A stretch of 64,000 nt of DNA. It comes from Giardia intestinalis (taxonomy: Eukaryota). Position 1 is the first letter of the stretch. The number at the start of each line of letters is the position of its first letter. The position numbers and the translations under genes were made by a program. Positions 29,476 to 39,260 of the stretch are shown here, piece after piece. The notes beneath the pieces are model-generated. The model was not told the origin of the DNA. It searched no databases and was given only the letters and a program-made list of their open reading frames with translations. The stretch is taken from the NCBI GenBank assembly GCA_000002435.2, contig CM018793.1; one strand, given 5' to 3'.

Positions 29476-30816
29476 CTAGATCTTATTTACATAACGTATT
29501 CCATTATACCCAACGGGGAAAATGGAACCAAGGTTGGTAAAGAATAATGCTATCTGTGCAACAACAGCTCCAACGATGAGGCCCATAATCAGTGCTCCAA
29601 TTGGCATTTGTTTCTTTCTTGGTGCTTTCTCGGTTTCCTTTGATGGAGGTGGTGCTGCTGGTGCGGACTGGGCAGGTGGCATGACCGAGGTCATCCCAGC
29701 GGCTTGTGTCAATGGCTCAGATGGTAGTAGAGATGAAGAAGTCGATGGATTCGAGCAGGGTGCTGCAGAAATGAAAAAAGGAACCTGTGGCACTATGGGT
29801 TGCTGACCTTCAGAGGGTAGGGGCAAGACACTGACTCCATTGGGTGGAGGCTCTACTGGTAATATCTTCTCCTTCCTCTCTTCCTTCTCTCCTGCATTGT
29901 CTATCTTTAATCGCTTGCCGCCCCTGCCCTTTCCGTGCCGTACTGCACTTTCTGAGTACATTGGAATCATTTGGGGAGAGGCATTCAATTGCTCGGGCTC
30001 TAATGTCTGCGAGGGTGTGCATGTTTCTATCTGGGAAAATGTTGTCAATGACACTACAGGCTCCTCATTTCCGTAGGCTCCAAACATGTATGGTGCCTGC
30101 TGGTGATTTGGGGTGCTTTCCTCGTACTGTGTTGCATCGATGAAGGAGCTATTTATCACGGATGTATTGTGAGACTCCAAGGAGTTGTTAGCCCTGTGTA
30201 CGCTCAGCGAGTGTTCGCAATACTCCACAATGCTTCCTGAAAAAGTACAGCGACTATCATGACATTGAACTTTAGCATTTAGCAGACGCTCATAGTAAGC
30301 CACGCTCCACGTCACGTTTCGAAGCATTCCATTGCACCCAAAGCAGGGAATGGCTGTTGTTCTACCTTTTGCTTGGACCATACTGTCTAATAGATGGGTC
30401 TTGGCACACTTATAGCATGCAATGCATTTGCAATTTGTGTTTATAGTGAACCTAATAGCTACTCTAGCGCAGATAACACACATTGGGAGCCTGCGGATAG
30501 CGTCTTCAGGTGCTAGTAATCCCGTTGAGAAATCTGCTTGTAGAGGACAGAAAAGATCAGGGTCGAGTGCATATGGAAGCTTTTTGTGTATTTCAGGGCT
30601 TGATAGTTGTTTTAGTAACATCGAGAGCCATTTGCTTAAGACCGACGATGTATATCCTTTAGTGGATAGAGATGCTAAACCTGTACATGCTTCCACAAAC
30701 GACTCAGGTTGGAAGACTTCAAGGCTTTCCTTGGAGATGCTCTTTGTCTGGCTCCTAACTTTCTGCACAACGGCAGAGAGCCACTGCTGAAAGCTCTCCT
30801 CGGAATAGTTGTCCAT
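29476..30816 (-). CDS. Tail-anchored membrane protein with C4C4-type RING finger and TRAF-type zinc finger (putative E3 ligase)
   Basis: The RING is CVICARVAIRFTINTNCKCIACYKCAKTH...CFGC (C-x2-C-x13-C-x-C-x2-C-x2-C-x20-C-x2-C). The TRAF-like zinc finger is CHDSRCTFSGSIVEYCEHSLSVH. A Pro/Ser-rich linker precedes a C-terminal TM (MPIGALIMGLIVGAVVAQIALFF). The track ORF extends to 30879, overlapping the divergent gene; Met22 at 30814-30816 is preferred. Confidence 0.6.
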   Translation of the reverse strand: MDNYSEESFQQWLSAVVQKVRSQTKSISKESLEVFQPESFVEACTGLASLSTKGYTSSVLSKWLSMLLKQLSSPEIHKKLPYALDPDLFCPLQADFSTGLLAPEDAIRRLPMCVICARVAIRFTINTNCKCIACYKCAKTHLLDSMVQAKGRTTAIPCFGCNGMLRNVTWSVAYYERLLNAKVQCHDSRCTFSGSIVEYCEHSLSVHRANNSLESHNTSVINSSFIDATQYEESTPNHQQAPYMFGAYGNEEPVVSLTTFSQIETCTPSQTLEPEQLNASPQMIPMYSESAVRHGKGRGGKRLKIDNAGEKEERKEKILPVEPPPNGVSVLPLPSEGQQPIVPQVPFFISAAPCSNPSTSSSLLPSEPLTQAAGMTSVMPPAQSAPAAPPPSKETEKAPRKKQMPIGALIMGLIVGAVVAQIALFFTNLGSIFPVGYNGIRYVNKI

Positions 30817-30866
30817 TGAAAGATTAGATAAGATTTTGAAAAAGATCCTGAAACAGACCAGTTTCA

Positions 30867-33782
30867 ATGGATGACTCACTTGGTATGACTCCCCTCATGG
30901 TATCTGCGGTGATCAATGATGTTGTGGGGGTAAGGACGTATCTAGATGAGCATATGAAACAGACAGATCAGTTAGGGCGGACTGCACTTATGTGGGCAGC
31001 GATGCATAATCATGGGGAAACCATCAAGATTCTTGCTAGCTTTGAGGCAGGGGTCCAAGATAAAGACGGCTACACGGCTTTGATGTATGCCGCCTCTAAG
31101 GGACACACCGATAGTGTACTCCAGCTTGTTGACGTAGAAGCGCGAATGAAGAATAAAAACGGAGTTACTGCTCTTATGTGTGCAGTGGAAAACCAGCATG
31201 TGGAGATTGCTACCATCCTTGCTGCTTATGAGGACAGACTTCAGGATAACAAGGGCTGGACCGCACTCATGCGGGCTGCAAAGAACAACACTCTCGCCAA
31301 GTTTCCTTTTCTTGTAGAGCTGGAGCATTCGATTGCAGACGGCAAGAAATGGACCTCAATGATGTATGCAGCATCTAAGGGTCATCTTGAGGTGGTTGAG
31401 GCCCTTCTCCCCTATGAAGGTATGTTGCAAGACTATGAAGGGAAGACAGCGCTCGTTATAGCTTCATTTTTGGGGCATAAGGCAATTGTAGAGAAGCTCT
31501 ACTCCATAGAAGGCAGCATTGCAGATCGCTTAGGGCTGACTCCTATGATGTGGGCCGCAGAGAAGGGATATCACGAAATAGTGCACTTTATGAGCGAAAC
31601 TCAGGCTCGGTGTCAAGACAATCGCGGTTGGACCGCCCTTATGCGAGGCGCACAGAATGGCTTTGAAAAGATTGTAGAGATATTAGCACCGCTGGAATCA
31701 CAGCAGATAGATACCAACGGTTTCACGGCCCTGATGTATGCTGCCATTAAGAATCAGCCTGCGTGTGCCAAGCTACTGGCTCCGTGGGAAAAGGGCTTTC
31801 GTAACACTGGGGGACTCACTGCCCTCATCATGGCGTCACAGTTTGACCACAACGACGTCATAGCTCTCCTAGCAGAGCATGAGGCTAGCATGTCCTGCTC
31901 CAATGGACGTACAGCATTGATGACTGCAGCTATGCACGGGAACGTAGAGGGCACGCGTATCCTCGCACCCTTCGAAGCGCGGGCTAGGGACAGCAACGGA
32001 ATGACGGCGCTTATGCATTCAGTTTATCTTCACGCCCAAGATGCAAGGGTCAAGCGTGATATCTTGGTAGAACTCCGATCAGAAAACCTTTATGAGCTTC
32101 ATGCAGAAGTGGCTAGCTGTCTATATGATTTAGAGTGCGGAATGACTGATGCTCGGGGAATGACCGCCTTGATGCACTCTATGAAGGATAAGAATCTTAT
32201 AATAATATCTAAACTAGCAGAAACTGAGCCGAAAATGAAAGATCATGATGAGAGAACTGCGCTGATGCATGCTGCGCTGACAGGAGCCACCGATGTCGTG
32301 ACATTTCTTTCTGATAGCGAGGCAGGGATGAAGGATGCAAATGGATATACTGCAATGATTTATGCTGCACAGCGTAATCTTCACGAGTTTGTGAAGCGCT
32401 TAGCTCCCTATGAAGCAGGTATGCAGGACAGGTATTCCATGACGGCACTCATGTGGGGGTTCAAGCTGGGATTCAGTCAGGTTGTTTCTCATTTGCTGGA
32501 TTATGAAAGTGGGTATCAGGATAAGAGAGGAATGAGTCTATTGATGATGGCAGCTGCCGAGCCTAATCAGTCGATGCTGAAGGAGTTAATAATAAAGCAT
32601 CGCCTCAGCCTTCATCACTGCAACCTACCGTCGTCTGCAAGCGAAATAGGACTGCGCGATAATGAGGGCCAGACGGCACTGATGCATGCTGCGCTCAGTG
32701 GAAATGAATCTGCTGTTCAACTACTTCTCCCCTATGAAGCTGGCCAGCAAACTCCGAGAGGCACAACTGCTCTTATGCTTGCTGCTAGCCGGGGCCATAA
32801 GGAAATTGTAGAGCTGTTGGGGCCTAAAGAAAGAACCATGCAGGACGTAAATGGTAGGACCGCGCTGATGTTAGCGCTGCAAAACAAGAACTTTATGCTC
32901 TGCCGGCTGCTTCTTATGGAGATCCCTGCACTCGACAATCGCTACTTGTCTTGTTATGAGTACGCCATCGATATGCGTGTCATCGATTTCAGCGACCTTC
33001 TACTTAATGCTCGTCTTCGTCTAATGTCACTAAGTAGATTATCTTGCTATGTTTTCTACAACCACATTTGCAGTGCCTTTGCGCAGCTGATTCTCCATAT
33101 TCTGAAATCTAGTTGTAACTCTCTTGCACAAATAAAGCTGAGAGCAAGTGCAAATTTGTCTCTGCTTGAGCAGCAAGTCTCTGATGCTCTTAATGGCTCA
33201 GATACAGGCTTGGATGTTGCATCAGTCCAGGTCGAGGTCCTCTCAGATGAGTCTTTACTTCTCAATGTGATGAACCCTTGCGACCTTAAAAACCTGGAGG
33301 TACTGTTTGAGATTTGCTCGTCAGTTATGTTCGATGATCTGGACCTCGCAACACAACTCCCAGTTCATCCGGTATTAACCATAAATTCAGATGAGTGTGT
33401 TGAAGGGAATAAGGAGTCCTCACAATCACCGATGGACACGTCCTCTGGAGTAGCCAATGAATCAACTCAAACAATGCCTATAAGCTTAGCAACCCAGGAA
33501 CTATCGCACTCCTTTCAGTATCATACTCGGACCGTCCGAGAGAAGCTTTCTGAATATATGAACGTTTATAACTCCTTTCTTCATGCTGATTTGTCCCAGG
33601 TGGACACCGCATGCATCATATGCATGTCCTGGGCTGTCGAATGCATTTTCATTCCTTGTGGTCATGCCTGCTGTTGCCGGTATTGCCTTGAGTTTTCTTC
33701 TCACAGGTGTCCGATATGCCGCTCAGAAATTAAAGATTTTCTAATGCTTCCGTGCGAGGGTGCTAACCGTGAAGAACTCTAA
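30867..33782 (+). CDS. Ankyrin-repeat protein with C-terminal C3HC4 RING finger (21.1-like E3 ligase)
   Basis: The 971-aa ORF has about 18 ankyrin repeats (TALMWAAMHNHGETIKIL..., TALMYAASKGH...). The C-terminal RING is CIICMSWAVECIFIPCGHACCCRYCLEFSSHRCPICRSEI. Confidence 0.85.
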   Translation: MDDSLGMTPLMVSAVINDVVGVRTYLDEHMKQTDQLGRTALMWAAMHNHGETIKILASFEAGVQDKDGYTALMYAASKGHTDSVLQLVDVEARMKNKNGVTALMCAVENQHVEIATILAAYEDRLQDNKGWTALMRAAKNNTLAKFPFLVELEHSIADGKKWTSMMYAASKGHLEVVEALLPYEGMLQDYEGKTALVIASFLGHKAIVEKLYSIEGSIADRLGLTPMMWAAEKGYHEIVHFMSETQARCQDNRGWTALMRGAQNGFEKIVEILAPLESQQIDTNGFTALMYAAIKNQPACAKLLAPWEKGFRNTGGLTALIMASQFDHNDVIALLAEHEASMSCSNGRTALMTAAMHGNVEGTRILAPFEARARDSNGMTALMHSVYLHAQDARVKRDILVELRSENLYELHAEVASCLYDLECGMTDARGMTALMHSMKDKNLIIISKLAETEPKMKDHDERTALMHAALTGATDVVTFLSDSEAGMKDANGYTAMIYAAQRNLHEFVKRLAPYEAGMQDRYSMTALMWGFKLGFSQVVSHLLDYESGYQDKRGMSLLMMAAAEPNQSMLKELIIKHRLSLHHCNLPSSASEIGLRDNEGQTALMHAALSGNESAVQLLLPYEAGQQTPRGTTALMLAASRGHKEIVELLGPKERTMQDVNGRTALMLALQNKNFMLCRLLLMEIPALDNRYLSCYEYAIDMRVIDFSDLLLNARLRLMSLSRLSCYVFYNHICSAFAQLILHILKSSCNSLAQIKLRASANLSLLEQQVSDALNGSDTGLDVASVQVEVLSDESLLLNVMNPCDLKNLEVLFEICSSVMFDDLDLATQLPVHPVLTINSDECVEGNKESSQSPMDTSSGVANESTQTMPISLATQELSHSFQYHTRTVREKLSEYMNVYNSFLHADLSQVDTACIICMSWAVECIFIPCGHACCCRYCLEFSSHRCPICRSEIKDFLMLPCEGANREEL

Positions 33783-35253
33783 CTATGTACTCTTAGATTC
33801 ACAGGCTCTTCTTATAAAGTCTTCCATGCCGCGAATTGCTATTACGAAGCTTTCTGATGCCCAAGAAGTTTGGGACCAGATTCAATCTGTAGATTCAGGA
33901 GTGGTTTCACTTGATCACTCTAAGTCTATTAATACGCCAGTTAACAGCATCTCAGTAGATAAGCTTCCTATATATCTCTATTCTCCTGTTATTTATACTT
34001 GCATCTTCATTCTACAACACCAAATACACGTTTTGAAACTAAGACTACTTCGGACAATCTATCTACTTGATGGAGGTCCAAAGAGAGAAAGAAGGAGGCC
34101 AACCGATCAAAGACGGACTGAATCTTCTAACAAGAGAAGGGCCACGTTAAAGACCAGCATGACTAGAGCACTGGAACTCGCTGCGTCACAAGGAGGTCTT
34201 TCTGGGACTCAAGGAAATGTCCCAGACAGGGCCGGAGCTGGACTGGATGGACTGGATCCAGAGGCAGTTCTTCGTAGCCGAAGTTCCAGTAGCACTAGGA
34301 GTCTCCTTGAGACACAGCTGGGAAGCCAATTGCGAACCGGAGACTCCGTCAACGCCCAATTTCTTACGATAGCCCATGCCAATAGTCAGCATATTACAAT
34401 GGAGCCAGAGCCGAATCCAAGTCACGGAGCAACGAATCCTTCTCTGCTAACTATACATCATCATGACCATCTTTTGATGGAAGATGACAATGAGGAACCT
34501 GCTATACTCAATATAGAAAAGCAGATACATCAACAATCAGGTCTAGTGACCAAGAGACGACCACCTCGTCCGCGTTCCTTTACACACCTATATGATAAAG
34601 CAGCGAAGGAGTCTCCCAAGCCTATCGAGTTCACAGCCGCATGGCCATCTAACTATACACTTTTAGATGATCACGTTTTCAAATGCCTCCCTTTGTTTAC
34701 TAGTCAACGTTCGTGGTTGATGGCCGATCGATGGTGGACTAAGAATATTTCAGCACTCATTTTCACTTATGAAGGAGGCTCTTATGCCTTCTTCGGAGCT
34801 CTAATTTCAAAGAGCAAGACGCACACTCTTACGGCAAGCCATGATCTAGATCAGCGTGGTACATCAAGTACCGTCCTCCCTGTTCATCCAGTCCTCAGTA
34901 CAGGAGTTACATCTGCATCCACATTCAGCGATAAAAATCGTAACCACAATATAGATTATTCTGATGGCGACGCGTTCAATATTTCCTATCACGGTAAGTC
35001 TGACTCTCTGGGCTCTACAAATTTTGCGTTTATGCCAAGTAGAGTTATTCTACAGCGTCTAGAAGAAGAGTATCCTCAGTCTGTATCGCTTAGCTCCATG
35101 CTAAGGCCTGATCATAGCATGCAACAGAAGCGCCACGAGGTGGCAGCACTATTTCTTGTAGCACTGAACCTGCGTGCCAGCGGTGCAATTAACATTACGC
35201 AAGGCCAGTGCGATATCCTCTGTAGCTTACCTTACGCAAGAGGTAACTTGTAG
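33760..35253 (+). CDS. Hypothetical Ser/Thr/Pro-rich protein
   Basis: The 497-aa ORF has no recognised domain. It overlaps the previous gene by 23 bp, so the real start may be Met23 at 33826. Its 3' end overlaps a convergent gene by 22 bp. Confidence 0.4.
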   Translation: MLTVKNSNYVLLDSQALLIKSSMPRIAITKLSDAQEVWDQIQSVDSGVVSLDHSKSINTPVNSISVDKLPIYLYSPVIYTCIFILQHQIHVLKLRLLRTIYLLDGGPKRERRRPTDQRRTESSNKRRATLKTSMTRALELAASQGGLSGTQGNVPDRAGAGLDGLDPEAVLRSRSSSSTRSLLETQLGSQLRTGDSVNAQFLTIAHANSQHITMEPEPNPSHGATNPSLLTIHHHDHLLMEDDNEEPAILNIEKQIHQQSGLVTKRRPPRPRSFTHLYDKAAKESPKPIEFTAAWPSNYTLLDDHVFKCLPLFTSQRSWLMADRWWTKNISALIFTYEGGSYAFFGALISKSKTHTLTASHDLDQRGTSSTVLPVHPVLSTGVTSASTFSDKNRNHNIDYSDGDAFNISYHGKSDSLGSTNFAFMPSRVILQRLEEEYPQSVSLSSMLRPDHSMQQKRHEVAALFLVALNLRASGAINITQGQCDILCSLPYARGNL

Positions 35254-37118
35254 ACCACTTTCTGTGCAGTGATATCATATGCAATTAACTCGCACTGGGC
35301 TGCATCAGAACTGGAGGAAGTTAAAAATTCTACGCGCAGTACTATATTTCCAGTAGCGGCTATCAAGAGAGTGGAAGAGCCGTATGCAGGATTATCTAGG
35401 GGTCCATGCACGACTTCAGCCGGCCACCTTTGCTTCTCTGCACGTCCCTTGAAATATTGGAAGAAATCCCCTATATAACTGCGCAATAGACTCCGCCCCC
35501 ATGCAGATAAGCCTCCGGCGTCAGGTAATTGCACGGCAAGCAGACTACTAGCATATCCCAGCAGGCTACACGCCTCTGTCCGGTTGTGCATTGTGAAACC
35601 GTCACTGCCTCTCCCTATGATGGCAGTCGCGTTGTGCCTGCAGGCTAACAGTTCCAATGTAGCTGCTAAATTATTCTCGCATGGAATATCTGCATACAAT
35701 TGATATAACTCGCCATGGATTGTAATAAAGCGGTATCTTATTTCAGGATGGACCTCTTGACTATACTTAGTGAGAACCTCGTCGAGATATAGTATCTGCT
35801 CGCCGCTCAGAACTGTAAAATCTGGGCAACCCATATATGATGCCCTGTAGTAATCTTGAACCACATCCAGGATGACTACTAGTACAGGACCGCGTACAAA
35901 ATGGTAGTGCGCTCCGTCAGTAAATGTCGGAAGATCTTTATTTCTATAAAGGATCCTAATTGAATACGGGAATGTATCCAACAAACTATCGAATTTTTCA
36001 GACAATTCTGGGGCAGTTCTGATTTTAGGTTGGTATGGTTTCACAATAGCATCAAACGCGACTGGCTTCAAAAGCCTATTCTGATATTTATCAGCAGATG
36101 CAAAGACGTCGCTTGTTCCCCTTCCTGCTGCAATTAAACCGAATTGCGATAAGAGATTGCTTTTTGGTGACAATAGCTTATTCCAGTCTACGATGGTTGC
36201 GCTTGCTAGCCCACCGATTGACACAAGTAGTGTGTTATGACCGTCTTCAGCTGCACCTATAAGCCCCTGCCCGAAGGAAGGCATGCCTTTGAGCCCACTG
36301 AAAAAGAGCAACTTGCTCTGGCTATCTGCAGGGTCTCCTGTTGTAAAGCTATTGATTCGTACAGTCTTAGAGGAGTACTTGATATGATAGTAGTATGTCT
36401 TTCCTTCTTTCAGGCCCCTTAATACGACATGAGACACATTGCTGTCAATAGTGGGTGCATAAGAGACCCACACACCTTTATCAATGGACGTGGGTACATC
36501 GTCACCCTGGTAGAGTAGAAGGTTGCTGCCTCGATGACTCGTATCGGCCCAATTTAGCTGGACGGAAGTATGCGTGTCGGCCTCGCCCACAGTTAGAAAG
36601 GGGCTAAAACTTGTCACCGAGTTACCACTATAGGAAGGATAATAGGCCAATGCTCCCACGCCTAGTAAAGCCTCCACTGTCAAGATGGCCACGGACATCC
36701 ATCCCAGTATTCTCAAAGAAAGTAAGATAGATGGGGAGCGCTTCTTAAAGGGAGCAGTACTGTAATGGAAGACTGACATAATCGGCTCTCCGCTGTTATC
36801 GTCATCTACCCCATAGTTCAAAAGCCCTTGTGTGCGAGCCTGTACCAACTTCGCCGTTTCTATTCGGCCACGCAGCCCGGAAAGATGGGCCCATGTCGCT
36901 ACTATGGCCATTGAAACTTGAGGGAGAGTAACTGCAAGCCCAAGAAGAGAAGTTACCAGGAGCCGTGCTGGAGTACCAAACAGGTCGATATACATGGCAG
37001 GCCCTCCCGCAACAACGCAGCCATAGAGACAAGCAGCTAAGATGCCTGTTCCAGCAATTAGTGAGAGCCACAGTGCTGCGTGAAAGACAATATTCTGTGC
37101 TCCTGCATGGCAAGGCAT
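35232..37118 (-). CDS. Multi-pass membrane protein with purple-acid-phosphatase-like ectodomain whose metal-ligand motifs appear degenerate
   Basis: About 4 N-terminal TM helices are followed by a good PAP N-domain signature (VQLNWADTSH...VSHVVLRGLKEGKTYYYHIKYSSKTVRINSFTTG). The expected GDLG and GDLSY motifs read LLFFSGLKG and VSIGGLASAT. The start may be the downstream Met at 36995, because the first Met overlaps the divergent Sec1 gene. Confidence 0.6.
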   Translation of the reverse strand: MPCHAGAQNIVFHAALWLSLIAGTGILAACLYGCVVAGGPAMYIDLFGTPARLLVTSLLGLAVTLPQVSMAIVATWAHLSGLRGRIETAKLVQARTQGLLNYGVDDDNSGEPIMSVFHYSTAPFKKRSPSILLSLRILGWMSVAILTVEALLGVGALAYYPSYSGNSVTSFSPFLTVGEADTHTSVQLNWADTSHRGSNLLLYQGDDVPTSIDKGVWVSYAPTIDSNVSHVVLRGLKEGKTYYYHIKYSSKTVRINSFTTGDPADSQSKLLFFSGLKGMPSFGQGLIGAAEDGHNTLLVSIGGLASATIVDWNKLLSPKSNLLSQFGLIAAGRGTSDVFASADKYQNRLLKPVAFDAIVKPYQPKIRTAPELSEKFDSLLDTFPYSIRILYRNKDLPTFTDGAHYHFVRGPVLVVILDVVQDYYRASYMGCPDFTVLSGEQILYLDEVLTKYSQEVHPEIRYRFITIHGELYQLYADIPCENNLAATLELLACRHNATAIIGRGSDGFTMHNRTEACSLLGYASSLLAVQLPDAGGLSAWGRSLLRSYIGDFFQYFKGRAEKQRWPAEVVHGPLDNPAYGSSTLLIAATGNIVLRVEFLTSSSSDAAQCELIAYDITAQKVVYKLPLA

Positions 37119-37151
37119 GTCTCAGCAAAAAACATAAGTTCCTATTTCCAC

Positions 37152-39236
37152 ATGCGCCGCTTCAGCCAGCCAGTCACACCTAGCACGAGCACGAGTTTGC
37201 TAGAAATCATAAGGCCTGCGTACGGCACGTCTATAGTGATGCTTGTAGACAAGGTAACCCTCCGCTCATTGACTCACATGTGCACGCAGACAGAGATTGC
37301 AGAGCACGGAGTTGTGTCCGTGGTACTCATTGATACAGTAGAGTCACTCTCTGGAGCAGCAGGAAACCCGTGCATTGCATATATATGTCCCTCTAATGAA
37401 TCGCTGTCTACTGTACACAAAATTGTTCGGCTTTCGCAAGAAAGGAAGCTCTTCAAAGAGTTTCACTTAGTATTCACGGGACTTGTGCCGGAAAATACTG
37501 TGTCTGATCTAGCTACAAGCGATTCTAGCAAATTCATCCAAACCATCCGTGTCGTATTTGGAGCCCACTCTATGCTCGGTGCGCGGTTTGCACTACTACC
37601 ACAAGAAGCCGAAAATCCTTACAGTGAAGCATCTATTCTGCGGCAATCAGACAACCTTCTGAACTTTCTATTATCAATGGGAGTGGAACCATTTACCGTT
37701 AGGTATCTTTCTGTCTCCTCCGCAGCTGCCTCATTGGCAGGCCATCTCCATAAGCACATCACCCTAAGAAAGAATCTCTTTAGGTATAATGCAAAAGGAT
37801 TAATTAATTACGAGACCAAGTCTGTCAAGCGTGACGGCTCTATTGTGGGTTCAAAAGCTCGCTTTCCACCCCGTACTAAGCCACTAGAGATAATAATTCT
37901 CGATAGAAGGGCAGACTTGCAATCGGTGATTAAGCAAAACTGGGCGTTACTGCCTCTTCTAAGCGATTTTGAACTATTAAATAGCGAGACATTGGAATTC
38001 TGCGACGAAACTAATACAAAGCATCAGTTTTCTAAGACATCATCCGTTCTCTTCGACCAGACGTACGCAGCAGACTTTTTTGTCTTGACCATGAGCATTA
38101 TTCCAGAGTTAAGGAAGTATTCACAAGAGCTCAGTTTAAGTCAAGGAGAAAAGAATGCAGTAATCGGCATTTGCAGCGCTGCATCTACCCTCTCGGAGTA
38201 TATCGGGAAGATAAACCATACCAGGATTTCACAGATTGAGAACTCTATGCATAATGACAACTCCAGTGAGGCCATCACACTTTTGGAAAAGTTTTTTGTG
38301 TCTCAAGGTACGCAGAAAAGCAAGACTAAACAGGATATTCTGCTCCATATCATGGAAAGTGACACTAGCACTGCAAAGAAGCTTTTGTTTCTCGAGATTG
38401 TCGTCTCTCTGTTTTTCTCCCTAGTTGTGTTAATTACCCTTCAGTACAATGTGTTCAGCATCCAGAGTGTTCTGAAAAAGTTACAAGCCATAGCTACAAA
38501 GTTCTTTCATGCAGCAGAGCAGGCAAATATAGAGTTAGCCCAGCAAATGGGTGCACACAGTGAGAAGCTATCCCGACACATCAAGAGACTGACTAACGCT
38601 ACCAGTGTGTATCTCACTAACTATGGTCGGCAGCTGGCAAATGCCTTCTACTACCAATGGGATAATGTTGAAACCTCTGCCAAGACAGCCATCACTAATA
38701 GAGTGGTGTCTGCGACTTCTCCAGGACAAGGGACGAGTCTAGATGGAAACATGGAGCTGACAGCATACCTTAATGGCCACAACGCGTCTCTCCAGCAAAC
38801 AGACCCGACGATTCTCTCCCAAATAGGTGCAAATTACTCATACAAGCCACGAGTTCTCTCTGTTGCAGAGGCTGCGATCTGCAATCTGCTCTTGGAGAGT
38901 GACTTTCCGATCACCTCGGCAACAGACCGAAGTCAAATGGCAGATGTTCTACGCGATTCTGAAGAGCATCAGGTCCTCATTTATGTCTTAGGAGGCGTTT
39001 CACAATCCGAGCACGCAGCTCTCGAGACATACGACTACTATGGACAGTTCAATCAAGCTGCGCGATCCCCAGGTCTTTTCAAGCGCAGACAGCAAGAAGT
39101 CACGGGTGCGGTGATGTGTGGTCTGTACAACAAACTTGTTACACTTGCTTCGGACAGGATTGTGTCGCGACTCTCATTAGTCCGGGACCTCGTCGAGGAC
39201 ATCACGAGCGGCCAGGGGGTGTTCCTCAAAGCATAA
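37152..39236 (+). CDS. Sec1/Munc18-family (SM) protein
   Basis: Sec1 family blocks: VMLVDKVTLRSLTHMCTQTEIAEHGVVSVVLID (N-terminal) and EIIILDRRADLQSVIKQNWALLPLLSDFELL (compare [23 protein letters not shown]). The track ORF starts at 37080. Met25 at 37152 is preferred because it sits behind the AT-rich tract aaaaaacataagttcctatttcc and avoids overlap with the divergent gene. Confidence 0.65.
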   Translation: MRRFSQPVTPSTSTSLLEIIRPAYGTSIVMLVDKVTLRSLTHMCTQTEIAEHGVVSVVLIDTVESLSGAAGNPCIAYICPSNESLSTVHKIVRLSQERKLFKEFHLVFTGLVPENTVSDLATSDSSKFIQTIRVVFGAHSMLGARFALLPQEAENPYSEASILRQSDNLLNFLLSMGVEPFTVRYLSVSSAAASLAGHLHKHITLRKNLFRYNAKGLINYETKSVKRDGSIVGSKARFPPRTKPLEIIILDRRADLQSVIKQNWALLPLLSDFELLNSETLEFCDETNTKHQFSKTSSVLFDQTYAADFFVLTMSIIPELRKYSQELSLSQGEKNAVIGICSAASTLSEYIGKINHTRISQIENSMHNDNSSEAITLLEKFFVSQGTQKSKTKQDILLHIMESDTSTAKKLLFLEIVVSLFFSLVVLITLQYNVFSIQSVLKKLQAIATKFFHAAEQANIELAQQMGAHSEKLSRHIKRLTNATSVYLTNYGRQLANAFYYQWDNVETSAKTAITNRVVSATSPGQGTSLDGNMELTAYLNGHNASLQQTDPTILSQIGANYSYKPRVLSVAEAAICNLLLESDFPITSATDRSQMADVLRDSEEHQVLIYVLGGVSQSEHAALETYDYYGQFNQAARSPGLFKRRQQEVTGAVMCGLYNKLVTLASDRIVSRLSLVRDLVEDITSGQGVFLKA

Positions 39237-39248
39237 TTAAGTAAAGAA

Positions 39249-39255
39249 GTTCACT
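39249..39255 (-). terminator. Putative polyadenylation signal AGTGAAC, 8 nt after the alpha-giardin stop
   Basis: The minus strand reads TGA gtgtgAGTGAACttc, matching AGTRAAY. The convergent Sec1 gene has AGTAAAG (39239-39245) 2 nt after its stop. Confidence 0.35.
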
Positions 39256-39260
39256 CACAC

